Source: an uncultured delta proteobacterium (GTDB lineage Bacteria > Desulfobacterota > Desulfuromonadia > Desulfuromonadales > JACZKF01). From it: DNA of 64,000 bases. The translations under genes and the position numbers were made by a program. The stretch is taken from positions 32,001 to 96,000 of the forward strand of contig CAWFKQ010000001.1 in the NCBI GenBank assembly GCA_963816395.1. Reading direction: 5' to 3'. The notes under the pieces were generated by a model. That model saw only the letters and a program-made list of their open reading frames with translations. It was not told the DNA's origin and made no database searches. How positions within the stretch are numbered: the stretch's first letter is position 1; each line of letters opens with the position of its first letter. Shown one piece after another: positions 62,322 through 64,000 of the stretch.

Positions 62322-62690
62322 ATGGCGGCACTGAAACGACGCACCGGCCGTGACTTCCCCTGCTCCGGGGACGTCTGGCCCACCATCGAGAGTTGGGCCG
62401 CGCAAGCCGGCTTCGTCGAGCGGGAGAAAACGGCGAACGGGCGGCTCTATCGCAAGGCGGGACGACTCCTCATGGCGCCGGCGTTCCTGGAGGTCCGGGC
62501 CGAGGGTGGCAGAGTCACCCTGGAGGCCTGGATAAAAGCCGACCCCCTGCTGATCCTGAGCATTCTCTCCGGGCAGAAACCGGAAATGGCCATCGACTCC
62601 GGGGGGATAACCGCCGCGGTCCCCCGCAAGAGGGCGCGCGAGGCAGTCAATCAACTCCTCAAGCGGCTGAGCCAGCAACCGATCACCTGA
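62322..62690 (+). CDS. Hypothetical protein
   Basis: Open frame with GC3 bias; no family recognised. Confidence 0.6.
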   Translation: MAALKRRTGRDFPCSGDVWPTIESWAAQAGFVEREKTANGRLYRKAGRLLMAPAFLEVRAEGGRVTLEAWIKADPLLILSILSGQKPEMAIDSGGITAAVPRKRAREAVNQLLKRLSQQPIT

Positions 62691-62925
62691 TCCTTTTCTC
62701 CTCGGATATTCGCCCATCGCCTGCGTAAAGTTCGCCATACTCTACCCTCTTCGGCCCCGCGGAACCAGATGCCGGAGGGGAAGGACAAGGGTGTAAGATC
62801 GCGATTTGCTGGATTAAGGTTTTGATTGAGCATAAGTTGCCGGCAGCGCTGCTGTGGTCGGCGGCGGGAGGATTCCGGGATATCGCGTTCCGGTTGGCAT
62901 GGGAAGAAGTAAAAGGGGGGCCGGT

Positions 62926-64000
62926 TTGAAGAGGAAAATTTATCTGCTGGATGGGTCCGGCTACATCTACCGGGCCTATTTCGGCGTCCGCGAGCTCGCC
63001 ACTTCGGGCGGTCTGCGGACGAATGCGATCTACGGCTTCACCACCATGCTGCTGCGGCTCCTTCGGGAGGAGCGGCCGGAGCAGCTGGCGGTGATTTTCG
63101 ATCCGCCCCGCGGCGAGACGTTCCGCTCGCGGCTCTATCCGGAGTACAAGGCCCACCGGGCGGCGATGCCGGACGACCTCGTGGCCCAGGTCCCCTACAT
63201 CAGGCAGATGGTCCGGGCACTGAACATCCCGGCCCTGGAAATCCCCGGCTACGAAGCCGACGACGTGATCGCCACGGTCGCCCGCCGACAGGCCGACGAG
63301 GGGATGGAGGTCACCGTGGTCACCGGCGACAAGGACCTGATGCAGATCGTCGGCGAGCGGATCAGCCTGCTCGACACCATGAAGGAAAAGCGCTGCGGTC
63401 CGCCGGAGGTCCTCCAGCGCTTCGGGGTGCCCCCCGAGCGCGTGACGGACATCCTCGGCCTGGCCGGCGATGCCTCCGACAACATCCCCGGCGTCCCCGG
63501 GATCGGCGAGAAGACCGCCGCCGAGCTGGTGCAGCGCTTCGGCAGCCTCGAGGATGTCCTCAAATGGGGGCACCTGGTCAACGGCCGCAAGCGGCGGGAG
63601 GCGCTGCGGACCTACGCCGATCAGGCCCGCCTGTCGAAGGTGCTGGCCACCGTCCGCGACGACGTCCCCCTGGAGATCGCCTTCGATGACCTGACACCGG
63701 GGCCGCCGGACCACGCGGCACTGCTCCCCCTCCTGCGGGAGCTGGAGTTCGACGCCCTGATCCTGCAGTTCACGCCGCCGCAACCGGGGGTGGTGGAGAT
63801 CTACTGCGACGGGTCGGGAGACATCAACCGGGGCCCCGGCGGCTACGGGGCGGTCCTTCGCTATGGCGCGGTGGAAAAGGAGCTGTCCGGCTTCGAGACA
63901 AGCAGCACCAGCCAGCGCATGGAGCTGCTGGCGGCGATTCATGCCCTCGAATCGCTGACCAAGCCATGCCGGGCGCATGTGGTGAGCGACTCGCTCTATC
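62926..64000 (+). CDS. 5'-3' exonuclease (PolA-type FEN domain) fused to ribonuclease HI; runs off window end
   Basis: TTG start; LLDGSGYIYRAY, YKAHR, EADDVIAT, TGDKDL, GDASDNIPGVPGIGEKTA, then in frame IYCDGS..GPGGYG...RMELLAAI.ALE...VVSDSLY. Confidence 0.9.
   Translation, partial: MKRKIYLLDGSGYIYRAYFGVRELATSGGLRTNAIYGFTTMLLRLLREERPEQLAVIFDPPRGETFRSRLYPEYKAHRAAMPDDLVAQVPYIRQMVRALNIPALEIPGYEADDVIATVARRQADEGMEVTVVTGDKDLMQIVGERISLLDTMKEKRCGPPEVLQRFGVPPERVTDILGLAGDASDNIPGVPGIGEKTAAELVQRFGSLEDVLKWGHLVNGRKRREALRTYADQARLSKVLATVRDDVPLEIAFDDLTPGPPDHAALLPLLRELEFDALILQFTPPQPGVVEIYCDGSGDINRGPGGYGAVLRYGAVEKELSGFETSSTSQRMELLAAIHALESLTKPCRAHVVSDSLY

Noticed and set aside
62926..64000. Canonical polA
   Set aside because: The domain after the 5' nuclease matches RNase HI motifs, not the proofreading/polymerase domains.

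Overview
GC-rich bacterial chromosome segment. The gene content (ablAB, rubredoxin/ferredoxin, Sec-thioredoxin, gltB type) suggests Desulfuromonadales/Geobacter-like; this is inference. Many single-base frameshifts in housekeeping genes look like long-read assembly errors. The backbone carries a MarR-TolC-EmrAB efflux operon, rbgA, sucA-sucB, trxB-lipA-lipB-fdx-rubredoxin, gltB, elbB, ablAB, tRNA-Phe, mntH-USP, a two-component pair, a second DHA2 pump and a 5'-3' exonuclease fused in frame to RNase HI. Three accessory islands interrupt it. (1) 8979-16190: a Y1/HUH (RAYT-like) transposase plus DUF3024 bracketed by 22-bp inverted repeats, further copies of that repeat bounding a SMEK-Lamassu/ABC-3C defence operon, an IS110 remnant inserted into the repeat, a TcmP-DUF5131 pair and a group II intron 3' remnant. 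(2) 26810-29570: a PKD-repeat surface protein flanked by truncated HEPN and XRE genes. (3) 41524-48018: intact and truncated toxin-antitoxin genes punctuated by related GGGG(A/T)C-ended sites, with an IS110 and an IS4 remnant. The best candidate for an undescribed system is a HUH-transposase-driven, repeat-delimited cassette system collecting defence/TA genes, whose sites are also targeted by an IS110. Other highlights are a UGA/SECIS selenothioredoxin, the FEN-RNase HI fusion and two secreted Gln-rich peptidoglycan-binding paralogs.
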